DNA from: Vicugna vicugna
Taxonomy: Eukaryota
Direction of reading: 5' to 3'
DNA: 64,000 nucleotides
Assembly (NCBI GenBank): GCA_013265495.1
Contig: MU058009.1
Location: 1,366,001 to 1,430,000 of the forward strand
Numbering within the stretch: the first letter of the stretch is position 1; each line of letters begins with the position of its first letter. The notes beneath the pieces were generated by a model, which had not been told where the DNA came from, did no database searches, and saw nothing but the letters and a program-made list of their open reading frames with translations. This document shows, one piece after another, positions 50,289-62,786 of this stretch. A program made the translations under genes and the position numbers.

Positions 50289-53200
50289 TTTTTTTTAATC
50301 AGCTTGATTGAGATAGAAGTCATATATCATAAATTTGCCCATTTAAAGGTACAACTAAATCATTTTTAGTATTTTCACACATATGTGCACCCATCACCAC
50401 AGCCAGTTTGGAACGTTTCATTACCACAAAAAGAAACTCGCTACCCTTTAAATATCACTCTCTTATCTCTGCCTCCCCCGCCCCAGCCCCAGGCAACTGT
50501 GAATCTAGTTTCTGTCTCCACAGACTTTTCTGTTCTGGACTTTCAGAAGAATGAGATCACATAATATGTAGTCTTTTGTGACTGGCTTCTTTTTTCACTT
50601 AGCATAAAGCATTCGAGTTTCATTTTTATTCCAGCCATCCCAGTGGGTGTAACGTGGTACCTCATTGTGGTTTTGATCTGCATGTTCCCAGTACTAATAA
50701 TGTCACACATCTTTGCATGTTCTTATTGGTCACTTCTGTATCTTCCTAGGAGAAGGCTATGCATAGTCCTTGCCCATCTTTTTAAAAATTTTGGTTTGAA
50801 TTGCAAGAGAATTTTTGTACACTCTAGATGCAAGTTCCTAATCAGATATATGATCTGCAAACATTTTCTCCCCTTCTGTGGGTTGTCTGCACTTTCTCGG
50901 TGGTGCCCTTTGAAGCACAAGTTTTGTTTTGATCAGGTCTAATTTATCTGTTTTTTGTTCTTTTGTTGCTTATGCATTTGCTGTCATACTTACTTATCTT
51001 CTGAAAATCCAAGGTTATAAAGATTTACCCCTATATTTTCTTTGAAGAGTTTTATAGTTCTTGCTCTGACAGTGAAATTTTTTATTCATCTTGATTTAAT
51101 GTTCGTATATGGTGTGAACAAGGGTCCACCTTTATAAATAGTTTTTAGCATTTTTGTTGAAAATCAGTTGACCATAGAAGTATGATTTAGTTTCTGGGCT
51201 CTCAATTCTATTATACACATTTATACATATATACTCCTATATATTCGTATATAATATTTAACATATATTATATATGATCTGTAATGTAATATATGATATG
51301 GAATATGTAAGTACCAGTATACACTGTCTTGATTACTGATAATCAGTATGAATTTTGAAATCAAGAAATGTGTGTCCTCTGACTTTCTTCTTATTCAGAA
51401 TTGTTTTAGCTTTTCCACAGCCCTTGCAGTTTCATATGAATTTTGTAATCAGTTTATCAGTTTCTACAAAGAAGTCAGCTGGGATTATGGTAGCAATAGT
51501 GCTGAATCTGTGGATCAGCTTAAAATAATTGTCACCGGAACAGTGTTAACAGTCCTCCAATCCATAAGCAAAGGATATTTTCCCATTTATTTAGATATTC
51601 TTTAATTTCTTTAAACAATGTTTTGTTGTGTTCAGAATATAAATTCTGCAATTCTTCCGTTAAGTGTATTCCTAAGTGCTACTTTTGATACCGTTGTGAA
51701 TGGAATTGATTTATTGTTTTGTTTTATTTTATTTATTGTTCAAAGCAAGTACATGAAAAAGGGATGAATTCTTGTGTATTGGCCGTGTATCCTGCAACCT
51801 TGCTGAACTCCTTTATTAGTTCTAATAGTTTTTAGTAGATTTGTAAGGATTTTCTATGTATAGAATCAGGCCATCTGCGAATACAGCCAGTTTCACTTCT
51901 TCTTTGCAAATTTGAATTTATTTTTCTTGCCTAACTTCTCTGGCTAGAACTTTCAATGTAATATTGAACGGAAGTGGTGAGAGCAGACATTCTTGGTTTT
52001 TTCCCCAAGTTGGAGATAAACTGTCCAGTCTTTCAGCAATCAGTACCACGCTGGCTCTGTGTTTTTCAGAGATGATCTGTATTAGGTTGAGGAAGGTTCT
52101 TTTTATTCTTAGTTTGTTTATTGTTTTCATCTCAAAAGAGTTTGGGATTTTGTCAGATCTTTTTCTGCATCCATTGAAATGATCATATAATTTTCTGTTT
52201 TTTATGCTATTGATAAGATGCATTAAATGAATAGATTTTTTTTCAGATGATAAATCAACCTTGCATCACTAGGACAAATTCCACCTGGTCGTGGTGAATA
52301 ATTTCTGTTACACGATGCTGGATTTGGTTTGCAAATCTTTTGTTTAGGTGCTGTCTCCATATTCATTAGCGATACTGTTCTGTTGTTCTCTTTTCTTGAG
52401 GTGTCTTTGACGGGTTTTGGCCTCAAGGTAATAGAATGAGTTGAGACAGCTTTCCCTCTCTTCCGTTTTGGGGAAGAGTTTGTGAAGAATTGAAATGAAT
52501 TCTGTCAATGTTTTCTAGAATTCGATGGCAAAGCTGTCTCACCCAGGGCTTTCCTCTGTGGGCAGTTCTGTTTCGCCTCTAATACTTTAATCCCTTCACT
52601 TGTGATAGGGCTACTTAGATTGTCTGCTTCTTCTTGAGTCAGTTTTGGTAGTTTATGTCTTTCTAGGAATTTGTCCATTTCATCCAATTTACCTTATATC
52701 TCAGTGTACAATTGTTCATAGCATTCCTTTATAATCCGTTTTATTTTTCTAAGCTCAGTAGTTACGTCCTCTTTCACTTCTGATTGTTTCAGTTTGAGTC
52801 TCTTTTTTCTCTCTTTTTTCCTTGATGAAGCTAAAGGAGTGTCAATTCTTTTGACCTTTTCAGAAAAACAGCTTTTGGCTTTATTGATTTTTTCTATTAT
52901 TTTATTCTTTTTAAATTAATTTCTGTGCTCATCTTTATTACTTCCTTCCTTCTCTGGCTTTGTATTTATTTTGCTGTTCTGTGACCAGTGAATTCATGTG
53001 GAAGTTTTGATTATTGACTTGAGATCTTTCTTTTTTCTTACTACAAGCTTTCACAGCAATGATTTTCCCTTAAGCATTGCCTTAGCAGCAGCCCATAAAT
53101 TGTGGTACACTATATCTCTATTTCCATTTATCACAAAGTACTTTCTGATTTCTGTTTTGACTTCTTCTCTACCCATTGGATATTTAGAAATACATTATTT

Positions 53201-53325
53201 AATTTCCACATATTTGTAAGTTACCCAAATTTTCTCCTGTTATTGATTTATAGTTTCATTCAACTGTTGTCATCAATTTTTAGTATTTCTATTATTGTAA
53301 ACTTATTGAGATTTGATTTGACTGA
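50289..53325 (-). mobile_element. Old L1 (3' UTR + ORF2) with internal deletions
   Basis: Minus ORFs 'ECLLSPLPFNITLKVLAREVRQEK' (RT) and 'MDEMDKFLERHKLPKLTQEEADNLSSPIT'. Poly(T) at ~50289. Confidence 0.9.
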
Positions 53326-56300
53326 AAATATGTTCCACCCAAATAAGAGACTATATCAAGAAAGCAAATAAATGTGTTTAGTTCATCCAACATAGAAGAG
53401 CAGTCAAAGGATCTGAAATTGATAAAAAATAAAGGAAAGTTCCAGGATGGGAGCTGTGCAATAGGCCTAAAAACGTCCAATCTAAATTGAAACAAGAAGC
53501 TTGTGATTTTAGTGAGGAAGGTCCTCAGAAGGGAAATTGGAACTGTAACATTTTCAGGTTGGATTGACCATGTGGAAAATTTTATCAAGTTATAATTTGA
53601 GAAAAAAAGAAAGAAAGAACACATTTAAAACACTAAGTATGCCCATCTGATAAAGGACAGTTATCCAAATTTACAAAGATCTCTTTAAACTCAATAATAA
53701 GAAAAAATATTTCATGGGCCAATGACTGTAAAAGAGACACCTCACCAAAGAAGATACACAAATGGCAAATAAGTATATGAAGAGATACTCCACATCATGT
53801 CATCAGAGAAATACAGATTGAAACAACAGTGAGATACCACTACACACCTATTAGAATGGCCAAGTTCCAAAGACTGACAACATCAAACGCTGTCAAGGAT
53901 GCAGAGCAGCAGAAACTCTCATCCATCACTGGTTGGAGTACAAAATGGTACAGCCACTTTGAAGGACAGTCTGGAGGCTTCTTAAAGAACTAAACACATT
54001 CTTAGCATGCGATCCAGCAACCATAGTCCTTGCTATTTACCCAAAGAAGTCGAAAACTTACGAGCACCAGAAAACCTGCAAATGGATGTCTACAACAGCT
54101 TTATTCATAATTGTCAAAATCTGAAGGCAAACAAGATGTTCTTTGGTAGGTGAGTGGATAAATAAACTGCGGTGCATCCTGGAAGTAGAATACTAATCAG
54201 CTTTAGAAAGAAACCAGCTATCAAGCCATAAGAAGACATGGAAGAAATTTAAAGGCATCTTACTGAGTGAAAGAACTCAATCTGAGAAGACGACATGCTG
54301 TCTGATTCTAACTATATGACATTCTGGAAAAGGCAAAAGACAGTAAAAAGATCAGTAGTTGCCAGCAGTTGGGGATAAGTGGAGGAATAAATAGGCAGAG
54401 CACAGAGGATTTTTCGAGCAGTGGAAATACTCTGTAAGATCACAAAGAAGGACATGCGATTGCACCACTCTCCAAACCCACACGATGCTGGATTTGGTTT
54501 GCAAATCTTTTGTTTAGGTGCTGTCTCCATATTCATTAGCGATACTGTTCTGTTGTTCTCTTTTCTTGAGGTGTCTTTGACGGGTTTTGGCCTCAAGGTA
54601 ATAGAATGAGTTGAGACAGCTTTCCCTCTCTTCCGTTTTGGGGAAGAGTTTGTGAAGAATTGAAATGAATTCTGTCAATGTTTTCTAGAATTCGATGGCA
54701 AAGCTGTCTCACCCAGGGCTTTCCTCTGTGGGCAGTTCTGTTTCGCCTCTAATACTTTAATCCCTTCACTTGTTATAGGGCTACTTAGATTGTCTGCTTC
54801 TTCTTGAGTCAGTTTTGGTAGTTTATGTCTTTCTAGGAATTTGTCCATTTCATCCAATTTACCTTATATCTCAGTGTACAATTGTTCATAGCATTCCTTT
54901 ATAATCCGTTTTATTTTTCTAAGCTCAGTAGTTACGTCCTCTTTCACTTCTGATTGTTTCAGTTTGAGTCTCTTTTTTCTCTCTTTTTTCCTTGATGAAG
55001 CTAAAGGAGTGTCAATTCTTTTGACCTTTTCAAAAAAACAGCTTTTGGCTTTATTGATTTTTTCTATTATTTTATTCTTTTTAAATTAATTTCTGTGCTC
55101 ATCTTTATTACTTCCTTCCTTCTCTGGCTTTGTATTTATTTTGCTGTTCTGTGACCAGTGAATTCATGTGGAAGTTTTGATTATTGACTTGAGATCTTTC
55201 TTTTTTCTTACTACAAGCTTTCACAGCAATGATTTTCCCTTAAGCATTGCCTTAGCAGCAGCCCATAAATTGTGGTACACTATATCTCTATTTCCATTTA
55301 TCACAAAGTACTTTCTGATTTCTGTTTTGACTTCTTCTCTACCCATTGGATATTTAGAAATACATTATTTAATTTCCACATATTTGTAAGTTACCCAAAT
55401 TTTCTCCTGTTATTGATTTATAGTTTCATTCAACTGTTGTCATCAATTTTTAGTATTTCTATTATTGTAAACTTATTGAGATTTGATTTGACTGAAAATA
55501 TGTTCCACCCAAATAAGAGACTATATCAAGAAAGCAAATAAATGTGTTTAGTTCATCCAACATAGAAGAGCAGTCAAAGGATCTGAAATTGATAAAAAAT
55601 AAAGGAAAGTTCCAGGATGGGAGCTGTGCAATAGGCCTAAAAACGTCCAATCTAAATTGAAACAAGAAGCTTGTGATTTTAGTGAGGAAGGTCCTCAGAA
55701 GGGAAATTGGAACTGTAACATTTTCAGGTTGGATTGACCATGTGGAAAATTTTATCAAGTTATAATTTGAGAAAAAAAGAAAGAAAGAACACATTTAAAA
55801 CACTAAGTATGCCCATCTGATAAAGGACAGTTATCCAAATTTACAAAGATCTCTTTAAACTCAATAATAAGAAAAAATATTTCATGGGCCAATGACTGTA
55901 AAAGAGACACCTCACCAAAGAAGATACACAAATGGCAAATAAGTATATGAAGAGATACTCCACATCATGTCATCAGAGAAATACAGATTGAAACAACAGT
56001 GAGATACCACTACACACCTATTAGAATGGCCAAGTTCCAAAGACTGACAACATCAAACGCTGTCAAGGATGCAGAGCAGCAGAAACTCTCATCCATCACT
56101 GGTTGGAGTACAAAATGGTACAGCCACTTTGAAGGACAGTCTGGAGGCTTCTTAAAGAACTAAACACATTCTTAGCATGCGATCCAGCAACCATAGTCCT
56201 TGCTATTTACCCAAAGAAGTCGAAAACTTACGAGCACCAGAAAATCTGCAAATGGATGTCTACAACAGCTTTATTCATAATTGTCAAAATCTGAAGGCAA

Positions 56301-56650
56301 ACAAGATGTTCTTTGGTAGGTGAGTGGATAAATAAACTGCGGTGCATCCTGGAAGTAGAATACTAATCAGCTTTAGAAAGAAACCAGCTATCAAGCCATA
56401 AGAAGACATGGAAGAAATTTAAAGGCATCTTACTGAGTGAAAGAACTCAATCTGAGAAGACGACATGCTGTCTGATTCTAACTATATGACATTCTGGAAA
56501 AGGCAAAAGACAGTAAAAAGATCAGTAGTTGCCAGCAGTTGGGGATAAGTGGAGGAATAAATAGGCAGAGCACAGAGGATTTTTCGAGCAGTGGAAATAC
56601 TCTGTAAGATCACAAAGAAGGACATGCGATTGCACCACTCTCCAAACCCA
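52311..56650 (+). repeat. Direct tandem duplication, 2 x 2170 bp
   Basis: 52311-54480 matches 54481-56650 with three substitutions seen (52604/54774, 52863/55033, 54075/56245). Identical ORFs recur at offset 2170 in the ORF track. Confidence 0.97.
53640..54480 (+). mobile_element. L1MC1-like 3' region (copy 1, truncated at duplication junction)
   Basis: 'gagataccactacacacctattagaatggcc...caacagctttattcataattgtcaaaa...'. Confidence 0.8.
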
Positions 56651-56865
56651 TAAACATGTAACACAAGGAGAAAACTGTAATGCAAAGTACGGACTTTGGG
56701 TAATTATGATGTGTCTCTGTAGGTTTGTCATTTGTAACAAATGAATCATTCTGGTGGGGGATGTTGATAACAGAGGAGGCTGTGAACAAGCTGGGACAGG
56801 GAAATCTCTGTACCTTCCTCTCAACTTTTCTGTGCACCTAAAACTGCTCTTAAAATAATAAAGTG
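55810..56865 (+). mobile_element. L1MC1-like 3' region (copy 2, complete 3' end)
   Basis: Ends 'ggactttgggtaattatgatgtgtc...ggaaatctctgtaccttcctctcaacttttctgtgcacctaaaactgctcttaaaataataaagt'. Confidence 0.85.
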
Positions 56866-56885
56866 CATATAATAAAGTATTTATA

Positions 56886-57141
56886 CAGTTGACCCTTGAC
56901 CAGTGAAGGAGTTAGGGGTGCCAACCCTCCAGCTGGTGAAAATTCCATGTAATTTACAGTCAGCCCTCTTTATGCCAGATTCCTCTGTATCCACGGTTTC
57001 ACATCCACAGATTCAACCAGCCATGGATCGTGTAATATCATAGCATTTACTCTCAAAAGAAAAAGAAAGAAAGAAAATTAAAAAAACATTGAATAAGTGG
57101 ACCTGCGAAGTTCAAACTCGTGTTGTTCAAGGGTCAACATG
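56886..57141. mobile_element. Tigger2/MER8-type MITE (TcMar-Tigger)
   Basis: TIRs cagttgacccttga ... tcaagggtcaac(a)tg, flanked by TA dinucleotides. Confidence 0.85.
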
Positions 57142-57299
57142 TATCTTCCTAAATCTGGCCATAATTGCCCTCTCTCTGAATTTGTGAACCATTAAATGGA
57201 TTTTATTTTGTTGAAAATAAAAACTAAGTATGGTTGAAACTTAGAGGAGTATCCATTGTTATTTTCAAAGAAGGAATTACTTACAAAGCATTCAATCAC

Positions 57300-57710
57300 C
57301 TGGTCTACCTCCCCTTCCCACCTCTTTCTCCAAGCTTTAACCACACTTAACTTCTCTCAGTTTCTCAACCATGGCCATGCTCTCTTATTCTTTGGACTTC
57401 GCAGATATGATTTAAATTTGTAGAATGTTTGTCACTCCTCTCCCATATATTCCCACCCTTTTTACTTGAACAACTCCTACTTATCCTTGAGATCTTGGCC
57501 CATACAGCACTTTCTTCCCGACGTGTTCATTGTATTCTTCCATAGCATCTTGTCATTAACACTCATTCATGGATAATGATTGTGTGGTTAACTATTCTGT
57601 CCAATAAAATCCTACATTCATGGGCAAGCAGCACCTCCCATATTGTCTGGCACAGAATAGATGGTCAGTAAGCAGTTACTGAGTATATGAATATGTCATG
57701 AATGAGAGAG
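57300..57710. mobile_element. L2 fragment
   Basis: 'aactcctacttatccttgagatct...tctggcacagaatagatggtcagtaagcagttactgagtatatgaat'. Confidence 0.65.
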
Positions 57711-59999
57711 ACATGGTGTATTTAGTGGAGTAGGAGGTTAGTCAATAATCTGAGGATTTAGTCAACAAATATGTATCATAGACAAATCATTTTCAAAGCA
57801 TGGTAATATCACGGATTAAAACTTTTTTTTACAGTTTTTCTTCTTTTCTTCAAGAAGTTTTCATTATGGTGGTGGGGGGGGTTGGAGAACAAAAATATTG
57901 TTAAAGATTTAAAAATTCAGGTGTGAGTTAAGTCAGGGCCAGCTAACCCCAAGGTTTCACATGGAACATGGATGGATGTAATAATGCATAAAGGCCCCTT
58001 TAATACTTTTTTTAAATCAGTAGCCACAGCATCCTAGATATTAGAGTCCTATGCAATTGTCTTAGAGCAGGAAAGTAGGTCTATTCTGAAATAAATATGT
58101 AAATTTATTTCAGATAAGTGACTTAGCCTCTGTGCATTCCACTGGAAGTAAAAAGTCCATCCTAGTGAAAAGAATAAAACAATATAATTTAAAGGGCCAA
58201 TATCATAGGAGAAATACTCAATCCAGTGTTTCTTAGATTTTGGAGAGTTAATAAGAAATGTCTGAAGCCCCACAGAGCTGGCCTTCTTGTCAAGGTCCTT
58301 TGTAAAGATAAGCTGATACAAAAACACCTTTTTGGTCTTTGTCTTGGTCCGGGTAAACTTCCTTTTTAGACAAATGGCAGATTGCTAAATGTCAGGTTAG
58401 CTTTGGGACAGATTAATTCAGATGGCGTTAAGGTAAATAGCTGTTGACTCGTTGGGGAGGACCAAATCATTCCCGAACGAAACCTAAATATTTTGTTATC
58501 TGCAGTTTTGCTTTCAGGTCATATTTCCTGTGTATTCATGCACTCTGCTTCTTTTTTGTTATTACTACCAATATTTGCATGTAAACAGGATCTCTGTTGC
58601 TTAGCAATTCATTATTTCTGTTGTTCCGTCTCTACTGAAATTGCTTTAGTTTTCTGCTAGGGAAGAGAGCTGTCTGAATTCTCTCCCATCGACAAAATGT
58701 ATTCTCTTTTCGAACCTGATAATAAATTTTGTTTTGGAACCATTTACTTAAACCTTCCGCAGACTTAACGTTTCTTTTGCAGTTGTCCCCGGAAATGAGT
58801 TGAGAAGATCCTTGCATTTTGGCCTTGTTTCTTTCCTCTTCACTTTATTTGGAATTAACTCTACACCTACTTTAATCTGAAATTGTATTTTGTTGGTCCC
58901 TGGAAGGCCATTCACTAAATATTTTTGTTAATTGAAGGAAACTGGAGGAAAAAAATAGATTCCAGCAATAAAGAGCTGGCTAAATATATTATTGAATTGA
59001 TGATGAGAATATGCAATGAAACTATTAAGCTGTTAACACTGAGATGGGCCTACATGTATTGAAATAGAAAAATGGCCAGAATGTATCAAAAAGCGTGTGT
59101 GTGGCAGTGGGAGGAAGCAAGTGGAAACAAATGTATAGCATAATCTCATTTATATTTAAAATTGTGTTTAGGGAGAGTCTAGATAGAACTGCTCCTTCAT
59201 TTTATACACTCTGTCCTGTCTAGTGTATTTTATTTCCCCTCCCTGCAGTTAACTTCTATCACCTTTATAATTTTAAAAAATTAATACAGTTAAGAACAGG
59301 CTCTTGTTTTCTCATTTTTCTAATAGTTGTTACAATAGCAGTGACAATATCAAACTGTAAAGTTACAAGAAGGCATTCTTAGCATCCTACAAAGTGACAG
59401 ACATCAAAAGGATCACTTGTCTCTCGACAACTTTCACAGATACACAAGTACCTTATCTGTAAGTTTCCCCAGGAAATGAGAACCCAATGATCTGGGTTTA
59501 AATGATAACTTCTTACATTATGGAACATATGCCCAAACAGTAGTGAATACCGGTTTTGGTGCCTGCACTGCATAATGCAAGACCAAGGTATGTGCACTTT
59601 AATGTCATCCTTTTTTCCTTTCTCATTCAAATGAAATAACATTTTTAGGCATCTTAGAAAGTGTGTGTGAGTCTGCTCGTTGGCCACCCAAAAAATATCC
59701 CCTCCCCACCAACAAAGAACCAAAGCATCACGTTCAAGCAGAGGAATTTGCAGTCTATGTAAATAAACTCAGCGTAAACTAAACCTACATCTTTACCCAC
59801 CGAATCAACACCCTGGATGAACTTCCCACTGACTTCAGTTGATCAGAAACGTGAAGAACACCATGACCGTTGTACAATCCTCTGCTGGTCTTTGAATTTT
59901 GCCAAAAGAGGGACATAATCATTGTGGTTGTTGTTCACAACTAACAGGTTTTTTGAGATCCACAGAATAAGAGTTAGCTCTCTGGGCATCCCTGGAGAG

Positions 60000-60190
60000 A
60001 AGGAAGGCAGTGTGGCACTGTACCGGGAAATCTGGACCGAGAGCCAGAAGAATTGAGTTCTGGTCCTGGCCTTACCAACCTGAGTGATCGTAAGCAAGAC
60101 ATTTTTTCCTGGGCATTAATTCTTTTTCATTTAAAATATCTGGAGCTGGAGCAGAGGTGTTTTATGTTCCTTCCAGTTCTGTGAAATCTT
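60000..60190 (+). mobile_element. MIR3-like SINE
   Basis: 'aaggcagtgtggcactgtaccgggaaatctggaccgagagccagaagaattgagttctggtcctggc...ttccttccagttctg'. Confidence 0.6.
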
Positions 60191-62557
60191 GGTTCCTGAT
60201 GGTTTCACATGCTTTAGTTCAACTGCCCCAGGTCCTCTGTAGGAAGTACCACACCCAGGTCTGGTCTCCCTGGGCAGGGTGTCTTCCTCGACAGTTAACT
60301 TCCAGTTACTTTCTGCCTTGTTAAGCTCTCATACTTAGTTAGCTTCGGTCAATGATCTTGCAGGTTAGATCTGCTAAACCAGATCATGACAAGTCGTTTG
60401 CCAGTTTGGGACCAGCTCCCTTCATCTCTTGAAAGATTGAAGTAAAGTAGGTCAGTTCTTGAAGTCTCATTTCCCCCCCCCCAAAAAAGATATTATGAAT
60501 CCATTTAAGAATTCGACATGTCTCAAGCCAAAAGAATGACTAAAAAGTAACAGTAGACATTCGATGAAGCAAGACAAAGTCAAGGCATTGTCAACTCTGC
60601 ATCATACGGCCTTAATCCAGCTTTGGAGGTTAGATGCATCAAAGGGATGAAGAAATGTTGTAGGAAAATCAGTCACCTGAAGCAGCGGTTGCCACACATC
60701 GGGAATCACCCCCTTGAGCCTGCCTGATGATTCATTGTGGGGCCAGCTCGTTGCCAGTGCGACTGCAAACAGATCACCCAGCCCTGCAGCAGGAGGGTTA
60801 CTCGACGTGCTGAGCCAGGCAAGCGAACACCGGTTTGGGTGCCTGCGATGCATAATGCTCCTGCTCTCTGGTTGCCTTTTTTCTCTTTGTGCTGCAGCCG
60901 CCTTCACAACCTGCCTCCATTCAGTAAAACCCCCGGCAGCTCCTGGATGGAAGGGGGCTCCATTTCCCATCTCTCCTCCTTCTACCCCTTGCTTCCTGCC
61001 ACAAGCATGAGGCTCCCCACCCACTTCTCTTCCCTCCTTAGGGTAATGGGAGGAAGGCTGGTTGTTAAGTGTTCTGCAATGACACCTAAAATCTGGGCAA
61101 GAATTTGGTGAAGAGGAAACAATTTTTCACTCCTTTCCTCCTTGGACCACCATGAAAAGTGGTGCCTGTTAGTTCTCAGGTGACTTACACATTCTGAGAG
61201 ATGATTGTTCCTCATTTGCTTTAGGAAGGATGAAAAGAATCATCTAAGCATAAGGATATTAATATTTTATATTAATATTTTATAGTTATAACTATATAAC
61301 TATCCTTAGGTATATATGTGTGTGTGTGTGTGTATATATAATACACATACATGTGTTCTTTTTATGTCTATGTGACTCTGTGTTTAACTCTTAGAATGCC
61401 ACCATATCCTTTATCATCTTTTTGGCTATGAGGTCCATCAACTTGTACTTTCACATAAAGCATCTTGATACTCAATTAATTAGTAACACAGCATAACCCA
61501 GATACTCACCTCCTTGTCTACAAGCTTAAAAAGGAGGGAAATAATCTATCTGATCACCGGAGAAACTGAATTTAGGCTGGAATCTTAGCAGAGAGTGGAA
61601 AGTATTTCATGACTCACTATGTTTTCATTAGAAGATGTAGCACTAATTCACTAAATTCTACTTAAGATTTTATGTTGAACTCACGTTACATTTAAACTTT
61701 GGATCTTATGAGAGAGCCAGTTCTCTATAGAGTGATCAAACTTACCATGAAATCCTCCAATAAAAAGTTTCACATTCAGAAATGCACATTATTACATGTA
61801 TTAAATTCAGTGAGTTTATATTTGAAGCAGAAAATGCTGGAAATTTTTCCTTAGGGGTAAGCTCTCTAAACACCAAAATTAGAATAAATGTGTTATACCC
61901 AGCAAGCATGTTGTTTTAAGCTGAGCTCTTACTGAAGGAAGACAAAGATGTTGGAAGCAGACAGGGGGGAAAAAACAACTTAGCTGATTCATCCATTGCT
62001 CTTTGAATGGACTGAGACAATGGATATTCTCAGTAACCAAACGTTTTATTTTTTTAGAATACCAGGCATTTCCAAATAGAAGAATAAGAATAGTCACTGC
62101 GTCATTATTTTGCTTTTAATCAGTCTGACTTGGGGACACATGCTAGAGAGGAAGTTGACAAACATCTCCAAAATAATCAGGTTTCACTGCTTTAGAAAAC
62201 TATTCAGGGGTCAGAATGCAGTTAGAAATAAGTGACCTGAGAAAAGAGCATAGAGTTCTGTGCTGCTGTAATTTGGTGGTGTGATTTCTGTCCCCGATGT
62301 GTGCACCTGCCCAAGGCTATCTCAGAGCAACAACAACGAAAAATGATTGATAAGAAAAGTCTTCGCTTTGTCAATTATTGCTGTTACACAAATAAAGCCA
62401 CAGTGTTAACTGCTCACTGGCATGTCTTTAAGGAAACTTTTGAATTAAAAGTAGTCATATTTCCAATCCTCTTCTTTCTCTTTTGGTTCTCCTTGTAAAA
62501 ACTTTAGAAATTCGATCTGATATCAGTGCTTGAAATTTTATTTAAATAAATATTAAG

Positions 62558-62786
62558 GGGGTGGGAAGGGACAGACTGGGATTTCAAAATGTCAAATAGA
62601 TAAACAAGATTATACTGTATAGTGCAGGGAAACATAACAAGATCTTGTGGTAGCTCACAGCGAAAAAAAAAAGTGAGAATGAATATATGTATGTTCACGT
62701 ATAACTGAAAAATTGTGCTGTACACTGAAATTTGACACAACATTGTAAAATGACTATAACTCAATTAAAACATGTTAAAAAAAAAT
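62558..62786 (+). mobile_element. Young camelid L1 3' end
   Basis: 'gggtgggaagggacagactgggatttcaaaatg...tttgacacaacattgtaaaatgactataactcaattaaaacatgttaaaaaaaaa'. Same family as the copies at 9582 and 47611; approximate TSD aaat(a)ttaagg. Confidence 0.88.

Noticed and set aside
46931..52687. L1 ORF2-like ORFs as an active retrotransposon or domesticated gene
   Set aside because: Fragmented by many stops, frameshifts and deletions; they belong to separate elements on opposite strands.
60602..61111. Overlapping 98-140 aa ORFs in a GC-richer patch
   Set aside because: No recognisable protein and no convincing pair of splice sites. It may be regulatory, but I cannot support that.
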